Source: Octopus bimaculoides (lineage: Eukaryota). From it: a DNA stretch of 36,059 bases. Numbering within the stretch: the stretch's first letter is position 1; the number at the start of each line of letters is the position of its first letter. Shown one piece after another: positions 10,980-21,760 of this stretch. A model generated the notes under the pieces. The model made no database searches, was not told the origin of the DNA, and saw only the letters and a program-made list of their open reading frames with translations. Position numbers and translations under genes: made by a program. Where the stretch lies: contig NC_068990.1 of assembly GCF_001194135.2 (NCBI RefSeq), forward strand, positions 73,074,232-73,110,290, in the 5' to 3' direction.

Positions 10980-11225
10980 CTATGTGTGTGTATCTTTGTG
11001 TCCGAGTTTGTTCCCCGCTGCTGCTTGACAGCTAGTGTTGGTTTATTCATGTTCCTGTAACATAATGGTTCAGCAAAACGGAACTGATAGAATAAGTACC
11101 TGGCTCAAAAAAAAAAAAGAAAAGAAAATAAGCACTGGGGTCTCTTCATTGAACTAAAATTTCTTCAAGGTGATGCCCCAGCATGGCCACAGCCTTATAA
11201 ATGAAACAGATCAAAAAATATAAAA
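10942..11225 (+). mobile_element. SINE family A, 3' half (remainder in gap)
   Basis: (TA)n then GCTTGACA...GATAGAATAAGTACC...CCCCAGCATGGCCACAG. Confidence 0.85.
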
Positions 11226-11679
11226 TACAAATGAGAAATGATGATAGAGTCAATACTAAGCAGTGCTGAATGTTTATCGTAAGAATAAGCTATGGTGATA
11301 TGCAGTTATTGGAAAAATCTAGAGAACTGCTTCAGCTGAAAGGTCATGTTATATGGACAGAGCTGTTGACCCTTCTATTGCAAAGGAAAGGTGAATTTCA
11401 AAAGAGTTAACATAACAAGTCAGTCGGAAGAATTCACTGCACGACCAAATGCTATTCAAATCAGAGTGCATGCCATGATGGTTTCTCCACATTATCCATC
11501 ATATGAGAGCAATTTAGTGTGAAATAAAAACTAAAGGAGATGGACTTGTCTGCTTTCATGAGCAGCTCTTGGAAAGATAATTGCATAATGCTATAATTCG
11601 ATATATATTGTGTGATATTTTCATATGTGCATATCAATAGACTTGAATAATACACACCTGAATACACTCAAAATACACT

Positions 11680-12016
11680 CAAACACACACACACACACAC
11701 ACACACACCCACACACCCACACACACCCACACACACATGCATATACAAAAGGCACATATGCACACACACACACACACACATACACACACATGCACACATG
11801 CATACACACAAAACAAAGACACATATACACATGCCCACAGGCACACACATGCATACACACAAAGGCATGCACATACACACACACATGCACACATGCATGC
11901 ACACAAAACAAAGAGACATATGCACGTGCACATATGCTTACACAGAAAGACACATGCACAGATGCACATGCGCATGCACACACACACACAGATGCGCGCG
12001 GACACACACATACACA

Positions 12017-12050
<34 letters not shown>

Positions 12051-12060
12051 NNNNNNNNNN

Positions 12061-12100
<40 letters not shown>
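11680..12100. repeat. Long degenerate (CA)n/(CATA)/(CATG) compound microsatellite
   Basis: Directly visible; source of the HT/CV-repeat ORFs. Confidence 0.95.
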
Positions 12101-12103
<3 letters not shown>

Positions 12104-12119
12104 TGGTCATCTCTTAAAT

Positions 12120-12620
12120 ATATCCTTTTCTACACTAGGCACAAGGCCCGAAATTTTGGAGGAAGGGCCAGTTGATTAGAATGACCCCAGTACTCAACTG
12201 GTACTTAATTTATCACCCCCTGTGTTGTATTCTTGAGCGAAACACTTTATTTCACATTACTCCAGTTCACTCAGCTGTAAAAATGAGTTGTGACATCACT
12301 GATGCCAAGCTGTATCAGCTGTTGCCTTTCACTTGGATAAGATCAGTGGTGTGGAGAGGAGAGACTGGTATGTGTGGGTGACTGCTAGTCTTCCATAAAC
12401 AACCTTGCCTGGTCTTGTGCCTTGGAGGAGAGCTTTCTTAGTGAAATCTCATGGTCATTCATGACCTAATGGGGTCATTATCCTTTTACCCGTCAGTTAC
12501 ACACAATGAATTTGTAGTGAGTCAACCTCAGCAGAATTTGAACTCAGAACGTAATAGCAGATGAAATACTGCTAAGCATTCACCTGGTGTGCTAATGGTT
12601 CTGTTGGCTTGCTGCCTTAT
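12120..12620 (-). mobile_element. SINE family B interrupted by a 300-bp insertion (12221-12520)
   Basis: The 3' part (12120-12220) and 5' part (12521-12620) are reverse complements of family B. The short core GAAAGGATGAAAGGCAAA expected at the junction is missing. Confidence 0.85.
12221..12520 (+). mobile_element. 5'-truncated SINE family C copy plus 30-bp flank, ~96% identical to 14380-14678
   Basis: Manual alignment gives about 12 differences in 300 bp, including the shared 3' flank CGTCAGTTACACACAATGAATTTGTAGTGA. Confidence 0.9.
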
Positions 12621-12669
12621 CTCTTAAATATATCAAAAAATGGATAAACACATGCATACATTTTAATGC

Positions 12670-12704
12670 ATATGTTTGTGTTTGTGTGTGTTTGTGTGTG
12701 TGTG

Positions 12705-12736
<32 letters not shown>

Positions 12737-12754
12737 TGTATGTATGTATGTATG

Positions 12755-12834
<80 letters not shown>

Positions 12835-12835
12835 T
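12670..12835. repeat. Compound (TG)n-(TATG)n-(TATC)n-(TA)n-(CA)n microsatellite
   Basis: Directly visible. Confidence 0.95.
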
Positions 12836-13145
12836 GCATGGTTAGCACATTGGGCCAGTCATGAGGTAGTGCATTTGATTCCTGGACTGGGCTGTATGTT
12901 GTGTTCTTGAGCAAGACACTTTATTCCATGTTGCTCCACTTCACTCAGCTGTAGAAATGAGTTGCAATGTCACTGTATCAGCCTTTGCTTTTCCTTTGGA
13001 CAACATCAGTGGCATGAGGAGAGAAGGCTGGTATGCATGGGTGACTGCTGGTCTTCCATAAACAACCTTGTCCCGACTTGTGCCTCAGAGGAGAACTTTC
13101 TAGGTGCTACCCCATGGTCATTCATGACTGAAGGAGGTCCTTTTT
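12836..13145 (+). mobile_element. tRNA-derived SINE family C
   Basis: TTGATTCCTGG B box, GTGTTCTTGAGCAAGACACTT central motif, GGTGACTGCTGGTCTTCCATAAACAACCTTG body shared with 14306-14650. Confidence 0.85.
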
Positions 13146-13528
13146 TTATATCTATACTCACACATTTATGTATATGGATATATATGCATGTGTATCTGTC
13201 TGTCCATCTATTTGTCTGTTTGTCTGTATATCTGTCTTTCATCTATCTGTCTATCTATCTGCATGGATATTTGTTTATACATGTACACACACACATACAC
13301 ACATAATTAAAGTACTGGGTGTATGTGCAAGTGTGTGTATATATAAATGCATGCATTTTCTCAAATGGACACATGTAAATACACAGCCTTGACCATATAT
13401 GCTTTCACAAACACACATACATATTCAGTTCAGGTCTGTGCTATGATAGAATAACTGATTGGGTAAGCACTGTGAAAATCCCAGTCCACTATTTCTAGCT
13501 TTCATTGACCCTGGTAGGTTTCCTACAG

Positions 13529-13560
13529 AGTGTTTGCAGTCGAGAATCAATAATATACAG
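13529..13560 (+). other. Candidate 32-nt internal exon
   Basis: TTTCCTACAG|AGTG...ATACAG|GTAAAT, followed by a 109-bp GT-AG interval to an acceptor at 13669; motif evidence only. Confidence 0.25.
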
Positions 13561-14305
13561 GTAAATTCGTTGTGATTTCAAATAAATACATTGTCAATAA
13601 ATTGCTCACCATGTTTTTAATTATCAGAATAAATACATTGCTAAACATTATTTATTATTTTTTTTACAGTAAATACATCACATTTTATCATCAACAAAAA
13701 GAAGAAAAAATCTTAAAATTTAGAAATTCTTCAGAAATGTTGAAAGAACAACAATCGGAAAATAAAGGAATAATCAAATACTATATTGGCACTGCAGAAA
13801 TATTCATATTAGAAAAAGAAATATACAAGAAAATCCAGCAGGGATTTATTTCAATGCCTTGTCAATGAAGTTTTATAAATCAAGTAACGCTGGATTATTT
13901 AAGATGAAATGCTCTTAGCAATGATGATGATGATGATGTAGATGGTGGTGGTGGTGGTGATCATGATAATCACAATTTGTTTATTTATAAAATGTTTATT
14001 TCTTTTCCAATTTAAAACAGTGTTATCTTCTCACTGCATTTTTTTTATACGATTCTATTTTTAAAATTAAATTTGATTTGTTTTGCATGTATATTAAGTA
14101 ATTTGATATTAAGGAATTTTTATCTTTTGTCTTTGAATATCTTTCTCTTTGTTAATGGAATGAGATGCAGATAAAAAGCATGTCAAGGAAATTTACTGAT
14201 AATGCATTTGTCCTGATGATGAATTTACTGACAGTATGTATTGGCTCACAATGTGATTTGCCTTGCAACGATGCATTTAGTGTGATGTAGTTACCCCACA
14301 AGTGA

Positions 14306-14650
14306 AGGTACATGGCTCAGTGGTTAGAGCGTTGGGCTCACTATCATGAGGTACTGAGTTCAATTCCTGAACAGGGTTGTGTGTTGTATTCTTGAGCAAA
14401 ACACTTTATTTCACATTGCTCCAGTTCACTCAGCTGTAAAAATGAGTCGTGCCATCACTAATGCCAAGCTGTATCAGCCGTTGCCTTTCACTTGGATAAG
14501 ATCAGTGGTGTGAGAGGGGAGACTGGTATGCGTGGGTGACTGCTGGTCTTCCATAAACAACCTTGCCTGGTCTTGTGCCTTGGAGGAGAGCTTTCTTAGT
14601 GAAATCTCATGGTCATTCATGACCTAAAGGGGTCTTTATCCTTTTACCCG
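14306..14650 (+). mobile_element. SINE family C, full length
   Basis: A box TGGCTCAGTGG (14313-14323), B box GAGTTCAATTCC (14356-14367), GTATTCTTGAGCAAAACACTT central motif. Confidence 0.9.
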
Positions 14651-14740
14651 TCAGTTACACACAATGAATTTGTAGTGATTAATTTACTCAGACACATTGA
14701 CAAACATCACACTGCAATCTGGTGGTCATTATCCCTTTAA

Positions 14741-15322
14741 TCTTTTAGCATTTAAACCGGTCATATCTGGACAAAATATTCTTCCTGTTTTATGTTCAAA
14801 CTGGCCAGATCCAGCCTCTCACACCTACCCTACAGTGTTAGTCTAAAAAAAGTACAGTCGCATAATCAAAATCTCAATGCTACAAGAGAAGGCAAGATAA
14901 ATTCACAAGAATGTGAACAAGAGCACTCAGCGTGCAAACCTCTGCCAAGGCAACACCAACATCCTCCCAACGATTAGGTAGAGATGATTTTTAAAATGAG
15001 AATATCTGAAGTATACTTGACCACTCTCACAAATGAGAATACTAAAAATGAACCCAACAGCTTTCAAAAATTAAGCAAAAAAATGGAAAAATAATCCAGA
15101 ACCCTTGTCCAGTACCAGATCGATCCCAAAATCTAATCAGTTTGTGCCAGTCCTGTGGCCAAACATCCCTGAAAGTTTCATCCGAATCCAGCCTGTGGTT
15201 CTTGAGATATTTTGTTCATGGAGAAACAAACAAACAAACACAACTGCAAACAATACCTCCGCCTTTGCTAAGATGGAAATAATAAATGTTAGATTTGATA
15301 AAATAGTCTGAATGCTAAAGAG
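14741..15322. mobile_element. piggyBac-type MITE interrupted by a Helentron-type element
   Basis: TTAA at 14737-14740 and 15323-15326; degenerate TIRs TCTTTTAGCATTT / GAATGCTAAAGAG; the same right end recurs at 27539-27630. Confidence 0.65.
14918..15282 (-). mobile_element. Non-autonomous Helentron-associated element (HINE/DINE-1-like)
   Basis: On the minus strand: 5' subterminal inverted repeat remnant TT...GGCGGAGGTATTG, (TTTG)n near the 5' end, 3' subTIR GGCAGAGGT, terminal hairpin GCAC-GCTGA-GTGC then TT. No TSD; the host MITE sequence resumes seamlessly. Confidence 0.6.
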
Positions 15323-15747
15323 TTAATTGCAGAAAGCAGAAATATCCACTCCAAATTTCAGCATACCAATCTATCTTTTGTTGAGGAATGTCATATTTGA
15401 AACTATTTTCTGTTGAAATATGACAAGCTTAATGAGAAAACTAATTCTATTTGTTTTCGTAGAAGTTTAATATCATTACTGGAATTACCATGAAATTTAA
15501 TTGCACAGTAAAAAGACTAAGAAAACTAGGTGTAGATGAATGACTTGTGAGAAACATTTAAGTTACACACTCAGATATTATCAGCAGGGTAGAATTTCAA
15601 AAAGAGTTAAATGAGGATTTTGGTATGCAGGTAGGTGTCTATCAGAGTTTAGCTTTTAGTCACCTCATATTTATCATAGTTCTCTAGGATATAAAAGAAG
15701 TGTTTAAGAATGGCTAGCTATTTTTTTTCCTTTCCAAGTCATAAACT

Positions 15748-16112
15748 TGTGGCGAGTCAGGAAAGCTATTATTTTTGCTGTCACAGCATAGCACAGTTGT
15801 GCTATGGCATGCTCCAGCCAATCAGGGCTGGGCATGTATGAATACCAGAGGCAGTTCTCTGCTCAAGCAGAGAAGTGGGATAGCTGGCAGAAGAGTAACA
15901 GCTTTCTTTTGACATGGAACAGCCACTTTGTTTGCACATCAACTTTGCATCTGCTAGCTCTGAATTATATCACAGTTCTCTTTCAACGTGGAACAACATT
16001 TTGTTCTTCACATCAACTTTGTGCAGCTAACTCTGAATTATATTGGCTCATGACTAACCAGTAAATTCACATTTCAACTGTAAGTGATAAAAGCTATTCC
16101 CTGACTCGCACA
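15748..16112. mobile_element. MITE-like module with ~26-bp imperfect TIRs, internal hairpins and a tandem duplication
   Basis: TGTGGCGAGTCAGGAAAGCTATTAT (15748) versus ATAAAAGCTATTCCCTGACTCGCACA (to 16112). Confidence 0.5.
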
Positions 16113-16369
16113 CATACACACATACAGGCTACACATCTTACTACTTGTCAGCAGTCATTAATTGAAAATATTTTCATTATAAAAATTACCTTCTGATATT
16201 TTTCCTTTTACCAACTTTCACACAAGAATTTAGACCACATCGACTAAAGTGCTGGACACTAAATCAGTGATACTATAAATGCACTTACACTAAATTAGCA
16301 GACACAACAAATGGACACACTCATTTAAATTGGTGACCTTTTACATTAGTGACTTTTTACAGACTCATA

Positions 16370-16584
16370 GGGCCAGTTTCCCAGCTTCCATGTTGCATAT
16401 ATTCCCTCACCTGAACAAGATGCTAGTCCATTGCAGGATTACTCATTTTTTGCCAGCTGAGTTGACTGGAGCAACATGAAATGAAGTGTTTTGCCCAAGA
16501 ACACAAGGTGTCACCTGGTCCGGGAATCAAAACCACAATCTTACAATCAAGAATCTAACTCACTAATCACTAAGATGCACCTCC
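16370..16584 (-). mobile_element. tRNA-derived SINE (family C-like head, different tail)
   Basis: Reverse complement shows TTAGTGATTAG A box-like, GGTTTTGATTCCC B box-like and GTGTTCTTGGGCAAAACACTT motifs. Confidence 0.75.
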
Positions 16585-16619
16585 ACCATGTCTATCTATG
16601 GAAATTTCTATATCCCAAT

Positions 16620-17395
16620 TGCCTGATTCTCAAAGCTGAATCTGTCAAAGAACTAGTAAATAAATTCTAAACATGGAAACAATGCTTTAAACTGAGAAGT
16701 CTTAAAATAACTGAGAAGTCTTATTGAACAGGTAAGAAAACAGGAATCTGGGAATTGGCCATGCTTGATATGTAGACAAGGAGTTGTTAGGAAATCTATA
16801 TTGTGTATACAGCTTAATGTTTGAGTGTAATGCGATCCCAGGCAGCTTGACAGCAAAGAAGAATGTTGTATGTAGCAGTTAGTTAACAGTGTAAGGGTAC
16901 CTGAAGAGTAAATTCCTGAAGTAGTTGACGACTTCTGTTACTTGAAAGATCTAATTAGCAGTGGTATTCAGTGTTCTAAAAGCCTTAGTCAAAAATTATT
17001 GCAGAAAAGCTCAGGAGGATAATTACTTTTGCTGGAAACAAAGGCTTTCTCTGTCAAAGTGATAGGTGTTATTGTATGATGCTTGTGTAAAAAGTACAAT
17101 GGTACATGGCAGCAAAATCAGGGAAATTGAATGCAGAGGATGTGTGAACACTGGAAAGAAATGAATTATGCGTTATTCACTGGATTTGTAATGTTAATGT
17201 ACATGAATGACAATACAGAACAGCTGAGAATAGAGCAAAAAACAAACCTGGTAGTAGATGAAGTGTGTTCAAGAGGAGACAGCTGACACAGCCAAGTGAG
17301 TATACAGAGGATGACAACTGAGGAGTGATAACTAACTTAAGTGCAATGAACTTGTGGAAGAAGTGGCACAAAATGATCTCAGAATGGAGATGATG
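16620..17395 (+). pseudogene. Decayed RTE-clade LINE ORF 3' end (RT C-terminus)
   Basis: Broken frames give LILKAESVKELVNKF*TWKQ, SGNWPCLICRQGVVRKSILC, EVVDDFCYLKDLISSG and LYDACV, the succession typical of RTE/BovB-like RT C-termini; many stops and frameshifts. Confidence 0.8.
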
Positions 17396-17827
17396 AAGGA
17401 TGAAAATATTGCCAGGTTGTAGAAAATATTTAGTGTATGCAGTTGAAATGATATTAAATTAAATTTTCCATCTGTATATCATACTAAATGTATAAACACC
17501 ATTGGAAGGCTTGATGCTGTAGAATTGTCTGCGATAAAAAAATCTCTACGGAGACTTGTTTTAAAAGCACAATATATATCAGAGTTACTGCAGTAGCACA
17601 TGAGAAGGACAGATGCAGTTTTCTTTAGACCTGTTAAGGTCTTGAACCCAATTATCACCAGCTTAAAAGAAATTTTTGCCTTGATATATGTATATAGAAA
17701 ATAGTGAATAAAACATTCACTAGTATAACGGAGGCTTGCTTTCTTCAGTGTGCATACATTTAGTATGCTACACAAATGTCAAATTTAATTTAATGTTGTT
17801 CCAATAGCATACACTGAGTTCAGTGAT

Positions 17828-17896
17828 TATACATATACACATATACATACATATATACACACACACACACATATATACATACATATATACATATAC

Positions 17897-17975
<79 letters not shown>
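17828..17975. repeat. (CATA)/(TA)n microsatellite
   Basis: Directly visible. Confidence 0.97.
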
Positions 17976-17979
<4 letters not shown>

Positions 17980-18270
17980 GTTTCAAAAAATTTGATATAA
18001 TTTTGCTATCTAATAACTTTGCGAGTTTTTGTTTTAATGACTTCAAATTTTAGCAATATATGTAGAAACAGGTCAAAATATTATGTTTAATATTTGATAT
18101 GTTTGTCTTTCCAGGTATAGAAATGGCATTCACTGGAAGAGAAAAAGCGTTTTGTGTGTTGGAGTATGCTTGAACACAGTTGAATAAGACTGTGCAGCAT
18201 GCATTTGTGAGAGAGTTCTCTAAAAAGTCACCAATGGCAATGCAGATTTGGACATGGCACAAAAATTTTT
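17974..18270 (+). mobile_element. Left end of a Tc1/mariner element: TIR remnant and transposase N-terminal HTH pseudo-ORF
   Basis: TA|(C)AGGGTGTTTCAAAAAA terminus next to (TA)n. ATG 18123-18269 reads MAFTGREKAFCVLEYA*TQLNKTVQHAFVREFSKKSPMAMQIWTWHKNF (DUF4817-like HTH). TGA at 18171-18173 is consistent with CGA>TGA. No right TIR seen. Confidence 0.8.
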
Positions 18271-18659
18271 GTGCGATGTTTTTAATTGATCACAACAATT
18301 TTCTGTTTAAACGTTTCATTTTGGTTTAACACTTCATGATAAATGACACTCTTCGTATCCCACCAAACACAGAAGATAACGTTTTTTGGGTGTAGTTCTG
18401 GCTTAGAGACAGATTTTTCTTTTTCATTTGATGGCAACCATTAACGATATAAATTCGATGTGATTATAGTGAACCAACTTTTCATCACTTGTTATGATTC
18501 TATCCAGCAAAAGTTCAGTAGAAAGTTTACTCTTCAATGACAACCAGATGACTGAGAAATAGCCAGATGATAAGGAACCTACTGACCAAGTTTGGACACT
18601 TTCCCTAGTTCATGAAGGTGTTTTATGATTGAAGCGTGACTTTAATTGAGCTGTTTGCT

Positions 18660-18830
18660 AATTCTCAAATAGTTTGCTTTGGATTTTCCTCATCTACGGT
18701 TTTCAGAAGGTCAATATTGACAGAACTTTGTTGTCAAAATTAAGGGGAATTGGTTAGAGAAAATGGCTTAACCAGTTTCACTTGGAGACTGGTCAAACCA
18801 ATATTAACATTTTCAAACAATTAAAGCTTC
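18660..18830 (+). pseudogene. Possible ancient CR1/L2-like RT remnant
   Basis: Mixed frames LDF...KVNIDRTLLSKLRGIG*RKW loosely resemble DFSKAFDKV...LL.KL...GI; weak. Confidence 0.25.
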
Positions 18831-19477
18831 ATTTCCATAAACAATGAATATTTCTTACTGAATAACCTTTTTGAATTCATACAATACTGATATGGGTTTG
18901 ATCTAAACTTATTCTAAAGAGTAAAATCCTAACAAATTTAAGCACTATGGTATAAATTAAACTGCAAAGAAAGAAAATAACATTAGAATGTAAAAATTAA
19001 TGCTTGTTTGACCAATAAGTATTGAAAAAGTACCTTCACAGTGATCATGTCAAAAATGTGACAGAACTTTCTTTCCAGCCTAATAACAGTATGATACATC
19101 TTCTCAAGAAAGAATTCTTGTCTGTTGGCAAAAATCTGCCCAAAACAAAATAGTATATTATTATTAATATTGTTATTTATTTTATCTATTTAATTTTTTT
19201 TTGTTGACGATCATGAATGATTTTTTTTCAGCAATTGTTTTGAAAATAAAAGACATACCTACAGCTTCTGTGGAAAACTCAGGAAAAATAATTGTGTGTT
19301 CAGCTATTTTGTCATGTTTATTTGGTTAGCAAACAAATATAGACATAAAAAATATATATTTTTGTTAATCTTTCAAAGTTCTGACTAAAGAATTATGACG
19401 ATTATCTTTCTTTCATCTCTTCCTTTCTCAATCAAATCATTTAATATCTTTGACATTTTTATTTGTTTTTATTATTA

Positions 19478-19540
19478 TTATTATTACTATTATTATTATT
19501 ATTGTTATTATTATTATTATTATTATCATCATCATTATGT
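19478..19540. repeat. (ATT)n/(ATC)n microsatellite
   Basis: Directly visible. Confidence 0.95.
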
Positions 19541-20019
19541 ACATATATATTTCTCTTATTTTGTTTTTTAATGTATGTTTTCAAAGTTTTCTTCTCAAGA
19601 GCAACTTTGTCAAGATTTATTTGTATGTCCAGAATTTTTCCATTTACCTATATTTTTCTGTGAGATTTTTCTTTCTTTCTTTTCGTGTATATTTATTCTT
19701 GTGTATTTCTGTTGTTTTTTGTATCGTTGTTTTCATATTCATATAACGTATTTTGTGCTTGTTATTGTTGGTGGTGAGTTTTGTATTTTTATATATTTTT
19801 TTTAATGTTACAGCTTAATTCTTTCAGTAACAAGATTTCCTTCCTCAAGATTTTATTTTTTTATGTTTTTATAAATATTTTTTTAGCTTGTCACTCTTGA
19901 TATTCTGCCAACTGCCAATATTCAAGTGCCATATCAATATTTGAAACCTGTTCCACCAAATTACAAACAACATTACTATATTTTCCATATTGTGTTGAAC
20001 AATATCAACTCCTGATATT

Positions 20020-20306
20020 TCCTTCCTTCCTTCCTTCCTTCCTTCCTTCCTTCCTTCCTTCCGTTGTTTGTTTCTTTCTTTCTTGCTTAATCCTATGAAT
20101 TATACACTGCAACTGTTCCCAACCTCTCAACAAAAGTAAACATACATGTGTCTGCTTGCTGCTCTCCTCCCTCTCTCTCTCTCTCCCTACCCCTCTTTCT
20201 ATGTATGTATGTATGATGTATGTATGTATGTATGTATGTATGTATGTATGTATGTGTGTATGTATGTTTGCATGTATGTATATATGTATGTATGTATGTA
20301 TGTATC

Positions 20307-20345
<39 letters not shown>

Positions 20346-20400
20346 CATTCTCTTTTTCTCTCTTGGCATGTATGTTTGATGATGTATGTATGTATGTATG
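20020..20400. repeat. (TTCC)n, (CT)n, (TATG)n, (TATC)n microsatellite cluster
   Basis: Directly visible. Confidence 0.93.
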
Positions 20401-21133
20401 CATGTAAAATTTGGATATATACATTTACATTCATTCATCAATAGAATTGTGTTCTCATAAACATCATGTGTAACATGTTTGTTGTATGTATTCATATATT
20501 GACTCATACATNNNNNNNNNNNNNNNNNNNNNNNNNNNNNNNNNNNNNNNNNNNNNNNNNNNNNNNNNNNNNNNNNNNNNNNNNNNNNNNNNNNNNNNNN
20601 NNNNNNNNNNNNNNNNNNNNNNNNNNNNNNNNNNNNNNNNNNNNNNNNNNNNNNNNNNNNNNNNNNNNNNNNNNNNNNNNNNNNNNNNNNNNNNNNNNNN
20701 NNNNNNNNNNNNNNNNNNNNNNNNNNNNNNNNNNNNNNNNNNNNNNNNNNNNNNNNNNNNNNNNNNNNNNNNNNNNNNNNNNNNNNNNNNNNNNNNNNNN
20801 NNNNNNNNNNNNNNNNNNNNNNNNNNNNNNNNNNNNNNNNNNNNNNNNNNNNNNNNNNNNNNNNNNNNNNNNNNNNNNNNNNNNNNNNNNNNNNNNNNNN
20901 NNNNNNNNNNNNNNNNNNNNNNNNNNNNNNNNNNNNNNNNNNNNNNNNNNNNNNNNNNNNNNNNNNNNNNNNNNNNNNNNNNNNNNNNNNNNNNNNNNNN
21001 NNNNNNNNNNNNNNNNNNNNNNNNNNNTATATATATATATATATATTCATATACATATACATTTAAAAGAAGAAAAGAAAATGGAGATAAGGAAGTTAAC
21101 AATTAATCATTCTTAACAAATTGGTCATCTTTG

Positions 21134-21231
21134 CTTCTTACAGCTGTTTCAATTAATACTCAATAATTTAATTGCAAATTTATACATTAAATTTGCATTT
21201 ATGTGGCATAAGCTTAATTTCATCAAAGAAA
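21134..21231 (-). ncRNA. Hammerhead-ribozyme-like motif (type I, C3U variant, long stem II)
   Basis: Minus strand: stem I TTTCT / core TTGATGA / stem II AATTAA...TTAATT / GAA / palindromic stem III ACAG-CTGT / H17=A / stem I AGAAG. Confidence 0.6.
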
Positions 21232-21384
21232 AAAGATGTACCTTGGGATGTTATATGTGGACTTATCAATTCATTTCAGCAGATTCATATTTGCGTATAT
21301 GTGTATGTATGGTTTGAGCATAAAACAGGTAGAATATCTGGGTCTAATATGGCTGGTTTAAATGCTAAAGAGTCATGTGTCGAA

Positions 21385-21568
21385 CTCGTGATTGTAAAAT
21401 TATGCTTTAGGTTCCTGGACTGGCTGATACATTGTATTCTTGAGTAAAACACATTACTTTACATTGCAAAAGACTGGCGTCCTGTCTAGAGGGGGAACAT
21501 ATGCACCATATAAACTGTAAAACTGGCCCTGTGAGTCTATATGACTCAGTAAGGATCTGTATCCTTTT
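21385..21568 (+). mobile_element. Degenerate SINE (family C-like head, different tail)
   Basis: GGTTCCTGGACTGG...GTATTCTTGAGTAAAACAC motif shared with family C. Confidence 0.5.
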
Positions 21569-21575
21569 ATAGGTA

Positions 21576-21760
21576 CAGGCATGGCTGTGTGATAAGAATT
21601 TTGTTTCTCAATCACATGGTTTCAAGTTCACTCTCACTGTGTAGTGCTTTGGGCAAGTATCCTTGTATCTTTTACCATTGCCTTGGGCTGACCAAAGCCT
21701 TGTGAGTGGATTTGGTAGACAGAAACTGAAAAACGCCTGTCTTATGTATATATATATATA
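21576..21760 (+). mobile_element. SINE family A, 5' half
   Basis: CAGGCATGGCTGTGTG head, GCCTTGGGCTGACCAAAGCCTTGTGAGTGGATTTGG body, ends in (TA)n. Confidence 0.85.

Noticed and set aside
11621-12179. Long HT/CV-repeat ORFs of up to 184 aa
   Set aside because: (CA)n compound microsatellite artefacts spanning an N-run
11390-15610. 18-bp repeat GAATTTCAAAAGAGTTAA at about 11393 and 15593
   Set aside because: Flanks are unrelated and no matching left terminus was found; possibly degenerate piggyBac-like ends, not supportable
19870-20015. 40-48-codon open frames on both strands
   Set aside because: No usable splice acceptor/donor pair and no recognisable motif
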